The notes beneath the pieces are model-generated. The model did no database searches and was not told the origin of the DNA. It saw only the letters and a list, made by a program, of their open reading frames with translations. DNA of 64,000 nucleotides from Eledone cirrhosa (lineage: Eukaryota). Of the stretch, positions 28,895 to 40,899 are shown one piece after another (positions within the stretch are counted from its first letter, which is position 1; every line of letters begins with the position of its first letter). A program made the position numbers and the translations under genes. The stretch covers positions 161,386,001-161,450,000 of the forward strand of contig OZ024740.1 of assembly GCA_964016885.1 (NCBI GenBank), read 5' to 3'.

Positions 28895-29735
28895 TAAAAA
28901 TTAGCGAGAATCGAATTTCAGCCCATGAATTAGCGAGAAACACTTTCGAGTTGTGAGGCAAGCGCTCTATAATTCAAATTAATTAGAGCTTACAACTTAC
29001 GTTAAAGGCCAAACACACTGAGATGGTGGTTAAACTAATAATCCACACAGCGAAGATTCGATCTACTATTTCGGGTCAAACAGATATACAGATATAAAAA
29101 TATATGAAAATATAAATGTTTGAGACTCACCCGGACCCCTGGAATGATGGTAAAGTCCAGTGTTGGGGTTTCTGCGGCTCCATAAGTCATTTACTGTCCA
29201 CTTACATAAAGGATGTTAAGTTTCTTGTATCCTGACTGAACTAGGAGTACGCGTTGTCAACAGGATTCAGTTCGAAAGTCTACATAGATGTGTCTGTAAC
29301 TGACCCCACGTGGGGTTCAGCAAGGGAGGCAACACCCATATTAGGCGATTGAATTCTTTTGTGTATAATATTGCGAAAATGCAAAATATCACAAATCGAA
29401 TGAAGCTCTCGACAGAGTGGTTAAATATAACAAAGCTATTCGGCAGTCAATAGAGTAGACCAAAACCAGTCAATAAAATTAACTGGCCAATAGCTAGACT
29501 CTGGAGATTAATACAAATAAAAATTAGCGAGAATCGAATTTCAGCCCATGAATTAACGAGAAACACTTTCGAGTTGTGAGGCAAGCGCTCTATAATTCAA
29601 ATGAATTAGAGCTTACAACTTACATTAAAGGCCAAACACACTGAGATGGTGGTTAAACTAATCATCCACACAGCGAAGATTCGATCTCCTATTTCGGGTC
29701 AAACAGATATACAGATATAAAAATATATGAAAATA
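28893..29735. mobile_element. Non-coding element with ~217-bp terminal direct repeats (period ~622), between (TA)n
   Basis: 28897-29115 is almost identical to 29519-29735. Diverged inverted relative at 23920-24105. Confidence 0.75.
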
Positions 29736-30644
29736 TATATATATATAAGTAGAAGTTGTATTTAATTTGTTGGAAGTCCGACAAACATAAATGTTTATAA
29801 ATGATTTAGAGCACTCAAGACACTGGAGTAAATATTCAATGATATTAAATAAATGGAAACTATATTTATAAATTGCAAATTGTGTGTTGAGGAAATTTTC
29901 TTCATACTTAAATGTAAGAACTCTATTAATGTACGGACGAATTTATTTAGTTCTTGTAGACATCGCCTAAATTCAACGTTTAAAATTATATATAAATTAT
30001 AATTACACTTATAATATTTCTACTTATTTCCATAACAATCTTATCCACTCTTTTTTAATATATTGTTATCTCTAAATCATATCTATAATATTTGCTATAA
30101 TTTCACTTCTTAAAGTTTCTTAAAATATATACATATATGATCCTAATTTTTAATTTTAATTTTAATTTTAATTTTAATTTTAATTTTAATTTTAATATAT
30201 TTTTTAATTCTTTATTTTATTTTTTATTTCTTAATTTTTTCATATATTTTTTTTAATTACTTTTTTTTTTTAATTATAAATTTGTTTTTAAATAAATACA
30301 TTTTTTTTTAAATTATTAAATTCTTATAAATTTTTTTTTTTTTTAATTTAATAAAATGTTTTAACTTCTTTTATAACCACTAACTAATTCAGGCTAAATA
30401 TATCTTTCAACATTTATATCTTTAACATATATACTTATTTTGACAAAATAATCTCATATTAACGAATAAATAAACAAAACTGGAGTTTTTTCCGTATCCT
30501 TCCATTTTAAAATATATAAATATAAATATTCTTATTAACTCAGTTAACTTAATTTAATTTACTTACATTAAATATAAACCAATATCCCTCAGAAAGAGAC
30601 AGAGAGAGAGACATATATGTGTGTGTATATATATATATATATAT

Positions 30645-31296
30645 TGTTATACTTGGGGAGGGTCATATTGTAATATTGCCAGAAATAATAACAGAACACA
30701 CTCACTGTTTGGTTGGTTTTCGCTTCTGTATCTTGATATCTCCATAGTTATTTCATTTGGCAATCAATGTTTATCATTGATTGACCAGCGGTTAAAAATA
30801 CAGATATAAATATATATAGTCTATCAAAGTTCTTTCGTTGCACATCTGCAACATCATCAGTGATACTATTATGTTTCATCCTATTGTATTTTATCGTATG
30901 TCTACGCCATTTTTATTTTATTTTTATTTTTATTTTTATTTATTTATTTCTTCTTGTCTCTGTCTCTGCGCATGCGTTTGTGTGTGTGTATAATGTTTGG
31001 TGTGTGTGTTCGCGTTTGAGTGTATGTGTTTTTGTTTTCGTATTCTATCTTTGTTCATTAGCGTTTATATGTGTTTGTTGTTATTGTACTTGTGTATATA
31101 TTTATTTATGTGTGTGTATATATATACATATATTTATATGTATATATATATATATATATATATTGTTATACTTTGGGAGGGTCATGTTGCCAATAAGAAA
31201 CACACGCACCAGCAACATGACCCTCCCAAAGTATAACAATATCGGTTTCAACACACGATTTCAGATAAAGAATCTTGCTAAACAAATTCAGAAACG

Positions 31297-31300
<4 letters not shown>
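30645..31300 (-). mobile_element. Solo PLE terminal-repeat fragments (family of the 40900-45505 PLE) with local inversion
   Basis: ACTTGGGGAGGGTCATATTG...CACTCACTGTTTGGTTGGTTTTCGCTTCTG shared with 40900 and 45105. Short inverted repeat 31161-31189 / 31211-31240. Confidence 0.75.
30822..30865 (-). ncRNA. Minimal type I hammerhead ribozyme
   Basis: Minus strand reads TATCA-CTGATGA-T.GTTGCA.GATG.TGCAAC-GAAAG-AA-CTT|TGATA. Damaged copies at ~41098-41135 (-) and ~45374-45417 (+). Confidence 0.75.
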
Positions 31301-31345
<45 letters not shown>

Positions 31346-31411
31346 AATAAATATATACACAAGTACAATAACAACAAACACATATAAACACACACACATG
31401 TATACATATAT

Positions 31412-31578
<167 letters not shown>

Positions 31579-31975
31579 GAAGATTGTAAATAAGTTTTCT
31601 GAAGTCAATAAACTCCATCATCCATTGACTGATATGTCTGATTATAAAAGAAAATAAGGAATTGAATCTATCCAACTTACAGTGGTAAAAAAACAATTCG
31701 TTGTTTGATTGATATTGACATGCAGACTAAGTGATTTATGGGAAATAAGTATGATTAACACGCATATCTATTTTAAGGATACTATAGGCATCAGTGAAGA
31801 AAAACAATACAAACATAATTAGTTTCTCGTATAAAATATTGATGGTACGTTTGAGTGAATGCTCGGCTTGCTAAAATATACATGTGTGTGTGTGTGTCCA
31901 ATATGTGACTCTGTGTGTACACGCATGTTATATGTATGTATATAAATACTCTCACACGCAGTCTCTCTCTCTCTA

Positions 31976-32022
<47 letters not shown>

Positions 32023-32103
32023 CTCTCTCTCTCTCTATCTCTCTCTCTCACTCTCTCTCTCTCTCTATCTCTATCTCTCACTCTCTCTCTCTCTCTCTCC
32101 CAT

Positions 32104-32166
<63 letters not shown>

Positions 32167-32475
32167 ATATATATATATATATAATATTAAGGATACTATT
32201 TATGGTTATGTATATACTAAAACTTTTTATAGTTATATATATTTTAAACCCTAAACAGTGAAAGTCAGTCATTTATTACTACCTTATTACCAGTAAGATA
32301 AATAGGTCAATGTAATAACATCAGTTGTTCTACAGAGCAGTTATATAGAATTTGAATTGCTATACAGAAATATAATATAATATATCTCACTCCACTGTAC
32401 ATCAATATATACATATGTATCTGTATGTCTCTTGCGTTGGAAAGGAGGTCAATCGTGTGTACAAACATTGAAAAA

Positions 32476-32522
32476 TACTCCGAAGAATTCAAGCCTAGGT
32501 TTGGATGAAACAATTGTAAGTG
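32476..32522 (+). ncRNA. Hammerhead motif with U4C core variant
   Basis: TACT-CCGAAGA-ATTCAAGC.CTAG.GTTTGGAT-GAAAC-AATT-GTA|AGTG. Confidence 0.65.
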
Positions 32523-32594
32523 AATAAATGCTTTGAACATAGCTTTGATTCTTGTGAATTCTATATATATATGTATATATACATAAACACATGC

Positions 32595-32629
<35 letters not shown>

Positions 32630-32630
<1 letters not shown>

Positions 32631-34450
32631 CGCGGATCCATGGACGAGTTCTCTGCAGCGGTCACTGTCCCTCACCATCGCTGCCATGTCCTGCGTCTCC
32701 AAAAGACCTGTGTCTATCCTTAGGGCATCAACATATGTCAACCTTGGTCTCCCTCTCCTAGTGTGTCCGTGCAGAGGCCCCTACGGGAGCACTGAGTGCA
32801 GTGTCAACTCTGAATGTCGGTGAGCATGTCCAGCTAACCTCAGCCCCCTCTGTATTACTTTCGAGCTGATTTTGGGAGGCTCCCGTACAGCTATGAGTTG
32901 TTCATCCTCTGTTTAATGTTCAGAACCATCCTCTTCAGCATTCTCGTGTAGCATCCATCCACCTTCTGAGTGAGTTTCTTGGTTAGTGTCCAAGTCTCAG
33001 ACCCGTACAGCAGCACAGACTCCACTGAAGCAAAGAAGAGAGAGATCTTTAGGTCTTTACGAAAGTCCGACTTCCACACCAATCTCAAAATGTAGCACGT
33101 CGTCCAGGCTTTTCTCTTCCTCTCAACCACATCATTCTCTGTGTTCCCAATCTTTGCTCCCAGATACAGGAAGTCCTCAACCAATTCTAGCTGCTGCCCG
33201 CCTACATTCATAATCTTCTCTGGCTTTTAATATTCTCTACCATATACTTCGTCTTAATCTCATTCATTCTCAGCCCCAGACTCATCGACACAGTCTCCAC
33301 CTCCTGCATCAACTCCTCTGCTTCCTTCACTGTGTTTGTCACCAGAATTATGTCGTCAGCAAATTCAGCATCTGATATCTTTTTCGCCTTAACTCTCCTG
33401 CTATGAGCCAGTGCTACAGTAAAGCCTTAGTCCTGGTCAACGTGCATACAAAACGTTAGGGAGCGATGACAAAAAGTTAGGGAGCCAATGAATCTCCCTG
33501 GAGCACTCCAGCCAGGATCTCAAAGAACTCTGTCATCCCATCAGGTGTAATGACTTGGGCTTTGGTGTTGGTGTAGAGCAGTGATATCAGTTCCACTATC
33601 TTCTTGGGGATTCCATAAGCCTATAAGATCTTTATCAGGCAGTGACGGTCCACAGAATCAAAGTCCTTCCTAAAGTCAATGAAAACCATGACAGCAGGAA
33701 GGCTCTTTGCTCTAGCTCCCTATAATATCCTCCTCAGCATCAGGATGTGACTGGTGGTTGATCTTCCCTCTCTGAAGCCGTTATGGTTGTCCCTGAGGGT
33801 CTTTGCCACAAGTGATGTCAGGGAGTTCCCCCTGTAGTCGTTGGTGTTAGAGAGATCTCCCTTCTTTGGCACTGGGACGATGTTACTGATCCTCCGTTGA
33901 TTCGGGGCAACTCCTTTCTCCAGTGCCTGGTTACCGAACTCCAAGATGATATCATTAAAACCACTCCATCTTCTACATGAGCCTTGCCCTACTTCATCTT
34001 CTTCTTGACTCTCTGGGACTCCTCTTTGGTGAAGGGTCCTGTCTCAATATCCAGTTCCTCAAACAGCTGCCTGATCTCCCCAGTGTTCTGTGCTGTGGAG
34101 GGCGGCTCTCCTGGTAGGGTCCTAAAATGGTCCAGCCATTTCCTCTTCCTATCCTCGGGCCCTGTTCCCTGGAACTGACTCGAAACCCCTCTCTTCCTGC
34201 CTGTGATCTCATTGATGATCGCCCAGCTCTCCTTATACTTAGACCTGTCAACCGCTCTCTCCACACTTTTGATCTTCTCTATCAGCGCCTCCTCTCTGGC
34301 CTCGGTTTAATCGGTACAGATTTCTTTCTTCATCACCCCCATATTCTCCTTCCTCTCCTCCGTAGGATCGGCATAGAATTGGTCCTTGGCAGCTTTCAGG
34401 AGTTCTCTGGCTGCACACACTTTTGTATCTGGGTATGACATTAAACTGCA
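32630..34450 (-). mobile_element. RTE/RTEX-type LINE, RT-containing 3' half (decayed)
   Basis: IVPVPKKGDLS..DYRG, FIDF.K.FDSV, AGVLQGDSLA, FADDIIL, VEDFLYLG, SVLLYGSETWTLT. Confidence 0.85.
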
Positions 34451-35778
34451 CCCAGTGGCAAGGCTCCAGTTCGGTGGTTCAGGAGCTGTTGGGAATGTGG
34501 AGTTACCCCATAATAGTTATCACTCCTAAGCCTTCTCTGGCCCGGAGTACTACTACCTGTTAGGGACCCATTTATGGGTTAAATAATTACCTTATTCGAG
34601 TGGCGCCAGCAAGGTATTATCAACCATTGAAAAGAACCATAGAATATATTTAACAGCACTCGGGTTAGAGCCCTTAACTACACTGTCAAGAAGCAGTCTG
34701 GTCGTTATGACTCTGCTGGTTTAGAGCCACAGGGAGGGCGATTTAATGATGGATCAGCTGTCTCTGAGACAAATATATAGAATGCAGTTTTGTCCTGCAG
34801 AAGAGCCATTAAAATGGGCACTTTGAATGTGAAGACTTTTCGGGCACTGGAGAAGAGACAGAAGTTGGGTCATCTGTTCGAGGAGAGTGGTATGCAGATA
34901 CTTGCGATCCAAGAACACAGGATGCTACATGATGAGCCCCTGTTGAGAGTGATGATTGGGAAGAGGAGCCAGCTCATCACCATATTAGCAGTGAGGAACA
35001 CGACTAATGCTACAGTAGAAGGGGTGGCTTTGTGTTCAGTGCAAAAACCATTCTATTGGTGAGGGAAATTATACCTGTCTCCCCGCAAGTGTTGAGGGTG
35101 ACCTTCAATGGAAACCCAAGACTGACAGTCATCTCAGCCTATAGTCCAACCGAGGGAGACAGAGATGTGAGTGCAGAGGAGTTCCACGAGGAAGTGTGTA
35201 GAATTGTCAACACCACACCAGCTCATAACATCCTACTTGTTCTGGGTGACTTCAATGCACATCTGAGTAAGGAGAGCAGTGAAGATCCTTGCTGGTACTT
35301 CCAAAACAACACCAACTGAAATGGAAGACTACTGAGAAACACCCTACTGGAGGCGAACTTGATGGCAACCAACCTAAGGGTTAGTAAGAATCCGGCGAAG
35401 ATGTGGACTTACATCTCTGATATGCACCTGTCCAAGTCCCAGATTGATTTCATTCTGGTGAGGGAAAAGTTGCGGAATAGCGTTCTGAACACAGAACCAT
35501 ATAATTATTTCATACACTGGGCAATAACCACCGGCTTGTTATGAGTGAGGTCCGGATGAGCTTAAGAAAGAGTAAGGCTCAGCTCCGGAGAGCAATATAT
35601 GACTGGGAACCTTTCTAGGAAGATGATAAGCTACAGGAGAGATAGACCGTAGAAGTGAGGAACAGATTCAGTGCTGTGTGGAGAGGTAGAGGAGCGATAG
35701 ATTGGAGGGACTGAGGAGAGTGTCACGAGGAGGTATAGGTACTTCACCAATGCAGTGGCGGAAGCAAGTGAGACCCTA
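34451..35778 (+). mobile_element. Same RTE LINE, 5' half (5' UTR + APE endonuclease), inverted relative to the RT half
   Basis: KMGTLNVKT, ILAIQEHR, VISAYSPT, LGDFNAHL, SQIDFIL across ORFs 34790-35544. Confidence 0.8.
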
Positions 35779-37020
35779 CCCCCACCCTCCTAACACCCGT
35801 GTTCTTTTCCCTCTCACCTACCAACCCATCACCCTACCACTCCGGCGACATATCCTCCATTCATTCCGTATCCTCTCTTCTGACCCCGTCACTTCTCGCT
35901 TTTTTCCAAACCGACCCATTACTGTTTTTAAGCATGCCCGCAACCTCCGCGACCTCCTGGTTCGCAGTTCCTTTTCGTCCTCTCCCAGGACTCCACCTGA
36001 CTCTCATCCTTGTTCCCGTCTCCGCTGTAACACTTATCCCTTCATTTCCACCCTCACAACTCTTACAGGCCCTAACGGGTCTTTCTGTATCCGCCATTCC
36101 TTCACCTGCACATCCACCCACGTTGTCTATGCCCTCCGGTGTTCCGTTTGCGGGTCTATATATATATCGGACAAACGGGACGCCGTATGGGGGACTGTTT
36201 TGCCGAACATTTGAGGGACATACGACTCGGTTTGGATACTCCTGTTGCCCATCATTTCTGTTCTCCTGGTCATTCTTCCTTACATGTTTCAGTCCTGGGT
36301 GTCCTTTTACATCATGGAACACAAGCCTCGCGCACCAGGACAGAACAAAGTCTGATTCACCGCCTGGGGTACTATCCCCTCTTGGACTCAACTCACCTCC
36401 CCAATTTCTCTAATATCCCGTCCATTAACAAACTCCTAGATTCCAATCGCTTTCTCTTGATCATTAACATCTTCTCTTACAACTAATAGATGCCGACTAT
36501 ATATGCTCACTCCACTTTTCCCTTCACTGCTCCGTATACATACATACCCTTAAATTAACATACTTTTGCTCATAGTTTCGTACAAACATGCACACACACT
36601 ATTTTACTCACATATACACGCATATTTCTTCTTAGCTTCGTACGGACGTATAATAACACACACACACAAACACATACTTACGCACGTGCTCAAGTATAGC
36701 TCCTTTTACAAAACGGTTTTTTTCCATTTCAGGTAGACGCCTGCCATCATCCACTTATCTAAAAAATAAATCATACACGAAACGCAGGCACCAACAGTTT
36801 TGCAACAGATGTCAACATGAATGGACCGGTTATTTTTATCTAAAAACATTTTTTCCAATTCTATCCTGCCCGTCCCCTCAATCTATCTTATTACTCATTC
36901 TTTCTTCTGATGAAGGACTAGCGTCCAAAACGTTAAGACTCTCTTCCTGCTATATCAAGCATTAACCTAATATATACCTTCCATATACTGTACCGATTGT
37001 GTTGTTATTTTTGTTTACGT
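35779..37020 (+). mobile_element. PLE 3' fragment (GIY-YIG + terminal repeat with degenerate HHR at 36903-36938), ends in (TA)n
   Basis: NLRDLLVRS, FTCTSTHVVYALRCSVCG..YIGQTGRRMGDCFAEHLRDI. TCTT-CTGATGA-AGGACTAGCGTCC-AAAACGTT-AAGA (G12 mutated). Confidence 0.85.
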
Positions 37021-37026
37021 TTTACA

Positions 37027-37062
37027 TACATACATATATATATTATTACCTTTTACATACAT

Positions 37063-37143
<81 letters not shown>

Positions 37144-37250
37144 TATACATATATACATATACATGCATATATATATATATATATTCATACATAGATATAT
37201 ATTCATACATATATATACATATATATACATATATATATATACATATATAT

Positions 37251-37281
<31 letters not shown>

Positions 37282-37322
37282 AATACATATATATATACAT
37301 ACATATATATATACATATATAT

Positions 37323-37367
<45 letters not shown>

Positions 37368-37402
37368 CATATATATATATACATACATATATATATACAT
37401 AC

Positions 37403-37481
<79 letters not shown>

Positions 37482-37708
37482 GATACATATATATATACAT
37501 ATATATACATATATATACATATATATGTATATACATATATATATGTATATACATATATATATGTATATATATATATGTATGTATATATATATATATGTAT
37601 GTATATATATATATATATGTATCTATATATATATATATATGTATGTATATACATATATATATGTATATACATATATATATGTATATATATATATATATAT
37701 ATACATAT
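37027..37708. repeat. (TA)n/(TACA)n microsatellite, ~680 bp
   Basis: Direct reading of the sequence. Confidence 0.95.
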
Positions 37709-39750
37709 TACGCGGGCGGTGGTTTGTACCGTGACGAAAGTCTTTTGACCATGACTAAGTGCGGACACCGTGCTTGCGACAGGTTCAGAAAAGAACTCAC
37801 AGCCTTCTTTAAAGGCTTCAACCTCTCCATACAGGTTGAGGCCAATCTCTCGGTCGTTAATTACCTTGACCTTACGCTTAATTTATTGAATGGGTTGTAT
37901 TACCCGTATAGAAAGCCAAATGATACGCTTAATTACATAAGTAAGCATTCCAACCATCCTGCCAGCATAACCAAGAACCTGGTAAGAAACGTTTCGTTGA
38001 GGCTTTCCCGTCTTTCCACCAACGAGCGTATTTTCGACGACCATTCCACTTATTACAAGGAAGCTCTTGCTCGAAGTGGATTTGTCGATAAGGTAGCATA
38101 TACAGAGTACGAAAATAGACCTAGAAGAAATAGATCCCGTCGCATTTGTTGGTATAACCCACCATATAATAGGGAGGTGGCCACACCTTTAGCTAAGATC
38201 TTTCTTTCCCTTATTACGAAGCATTTTCCTCCTACACATAAATATAGTAAAATTTTTAATAGAAATACTATTAAAATGTCTTACTCTACGACTCCTAACC
38301 TTGCACATAACATCACAGCTTCAAATTTAGCTAAACTACCTAGCCGTAGGGACACGTGCAACCCTGTAGTTAGTACTAACTGTAATTGTAGGAATCGGGT
38401 TGATTGCCCCTATCCGGGAAATGCCTCTCTAGTAACATTGTCTACAAATGTAAGGTTGTAACACCCACGTCCCGTAGGGACTACATAGGGTTAACCGCCA
38501 ATAGATTCAAGAGGCGTCTTTACACGCATACCCATTCTTTTCGTTACCCTCTAAGAAGGAATATGACGTCACTTTCAGCTTATATCTGGAGTCTAAAAGA
38601 CAACCACACCCAATATAAGTTACACTGGGAGATCCTAGCTAGGGCTAGATCGTATAACGGAAATAAAAGACCATGTGACCTCTGCGCCGCTGAGGCCCTG
38701 GAAATACTCTACGCCACGGACCACATCTTAAACAAAATATCTGAGGCAATTTCGGCTTGTAAACATAAATTGCACTAAACTTTCCTGTATTACAGCCCCA
38801 CGTTATACCCTAACGGATAGTACGATCTATACGTGGATATTTTACGTCTTGATGTGGGAGCTAAGTAAATGTTTTGTTTATACCATTACTTATTTGCATA
38901 GGTAAGTATATATTACCCGTATGTTTCGTGAAGGTACGTATACCTTCTCGTACATATATTTGATTGTTTATGTTTGGCGTATAATTTTTTTTTTTATTAT
39001 TCTGGTACATGTGGTTTGGCTATGTGTATACGGGAGTTTTGCGTCTGTGTGAGTATGCAGGTTCGTACGTATGTAGGGTGTGTGTATATGTGTATTTCAT
39101 GTTTTGGTTGACTTACGTCTCCGAACATTCGTGTATTTACATCTAGGTATGTGTGTGCGCATGTTATATACGTATTTATTTATTTATATACGTTTATTTA
39201 ATTATTTATTTATTTGTATACACGCATACACACACACACATATGTATATGTGCGTGGTTTTGTATACCTATGGTAAGTGTTTTGCGTATGCTTGTGTATG
39301 TACGTATTTATTTGCGGGTATGTATTTATTTCTATTACTTCTGTATTGTATTTATTTACTTGGTTCTTAACTCTGTAGCGGAGATTCATTCGGTCTCCTA
39401 GTTAGAATTTTAGTCTACGACTTCTGCTATACCATTTACGTGGTTTTGTCTTTGCGTGCTGCTCCACATATGATGTATTATCTTCGTTTTTTTTTCGTTC
39501 ATTGCCAGAGAACGTCTCTATGAACCACCTAAGAGAACATTAGTCTTTTATACCATAAAAGTGGTTCTGTCTTTGCGCGTAATTGTTTTTCACCGCTCCT
39601 ATTAATGACGTATCTTATTCGCTTTTTCCCGTTCTTTGACAGCGAACATTTCCACGAACCAAAGTATCGTCTTTCTGTCTTCCTTGTTAGTTTCAGAAGA
39701 TCCCGTTAAGGGTGAAAGCAGCGATTCTTTGCTTAAACTTTAATCTGTTA

Positions 39751-39758
<8 letters not shown>
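37709..39758 (+). mobile_element. 5'-truncated PLE (YRDD-type RT end, thumb, GIY-YIG), flanked by (TA)n; HHR-like motif at 39689-39739
   Basis: [59 protein letters not shown]. Confidence 0.9.
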
Positions 39759-39800
<42 letters not shown>

Positions 39801-39803
<3 letters not shown>

Positions 39804-40845
39804 TATATTATATTTTGAGAATAAACTCTCAGTCGTTTACAATAATTAAGCTCCAAGAAAAGGGGCATTTCCGAGCAGTTAAATACATTAAAATATTAAA
39901 ATATATGATAAACACGAAACGTGTTTGCATTGTAACAGACAAAGTTAGCTATTAATGAAATAAACTAATTAAAGTGAATACAATTTGTCTGCCTCGATAT
40001 AAGTCAATAAAGACAAGCTTATATTGGCAACGGCCATGATTCATGGACAGATTTAAATTTCAAAATCCAAACCTGTTCCGTAGACGAATTTGAACCTCGA
40101 AACCTAAATCCGTTTCGCAACGGTGGTATGTGAATTGAAAAATAAAGAGAATCGAAATGGAATTGAAATAAAAAGTGAAATATCCAAATCTTCTGTGCTT
40201 ATCAACAGGAATCCAGTAAAATTAGTACATCTCACATCAAAAATGTGTCTGTTACAATGCAAACACGTTTCGTGTTTATCATATATTTTAATGTATTTAA
40301 CTGCTCGGAAATGCCCCTTTTCTTGGAGCTTAATTATTGTAAACGACTGAGAGTTTATTCTCAAAATATAATATAGTATATTGCTCCTTAACTGTAGAGC
40401 TGATCTTTAATCCCGCATAAACGGCTGTTATTTCTAGCACCGGGAATGCGTGACGGCTAGTTTGGCCTGGCTACACACGTGTAGTCAGACCTGCAAAATT
40501 TTTGATGTGAGATGTACTAATTTTACTGGATTCCTGTTTATAAGCACAGAAGATTTGGATATTTCACTTTTTATTTCAATTCCATTTCGATTCTCTTTAT
40601 TTTTCAATTCACATACCACCGTTGCGAAACGGATTTAGGTTTCGAGGTTCAAATTCGTCTACGGAACAGGTTTGGATTTTGAAATTTAAATCTGTCCATG
40701 AATCATGGCCGTTGCCAATATAAGCTTGTCTTTATTGACTTATATCGAGACAGACAAATTGTATTCACTTTAATTAGTTTATTTCATTAATAGCTAACTT
40801 TGTCTGTTACAATGCAAACACGTTTCGTGTTTATCATATATTTTA

Positions 40846-40850
<5 letters not shown>
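39801..40850. repeat. Non-coding fold-back element: ~555-bp unit in partial tandem plus inverted copy, between (TA)n
   Basis: TGTCTGTTACAATGCAAACACG at 40246 and 40801. 39801-40244 is the reverse complement of segments of 40246-40850. Confidence 0.85.
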
Positions 40851-40890
<40 letters not shown>

Positions 40891-40899
40891 TATATATAT

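Noticed and set aside
36997-37768. Long YI/IY-repeat ORFs (also at 1437-1745, 11076-11423, 20510-20915, 31166-31696, 44859-45203 and others)
   Set aside because: Translations of (TA)n, (CA)n and (CT)n microsatellites, which lack stop codons by construction.
40075-40125. TAGACGA...CGAAAC as a hammerhead in the 555-bp element
   Set aside because: Two core mismatches and no convincing stem I or II. Kept only as an unexplained hairpin.
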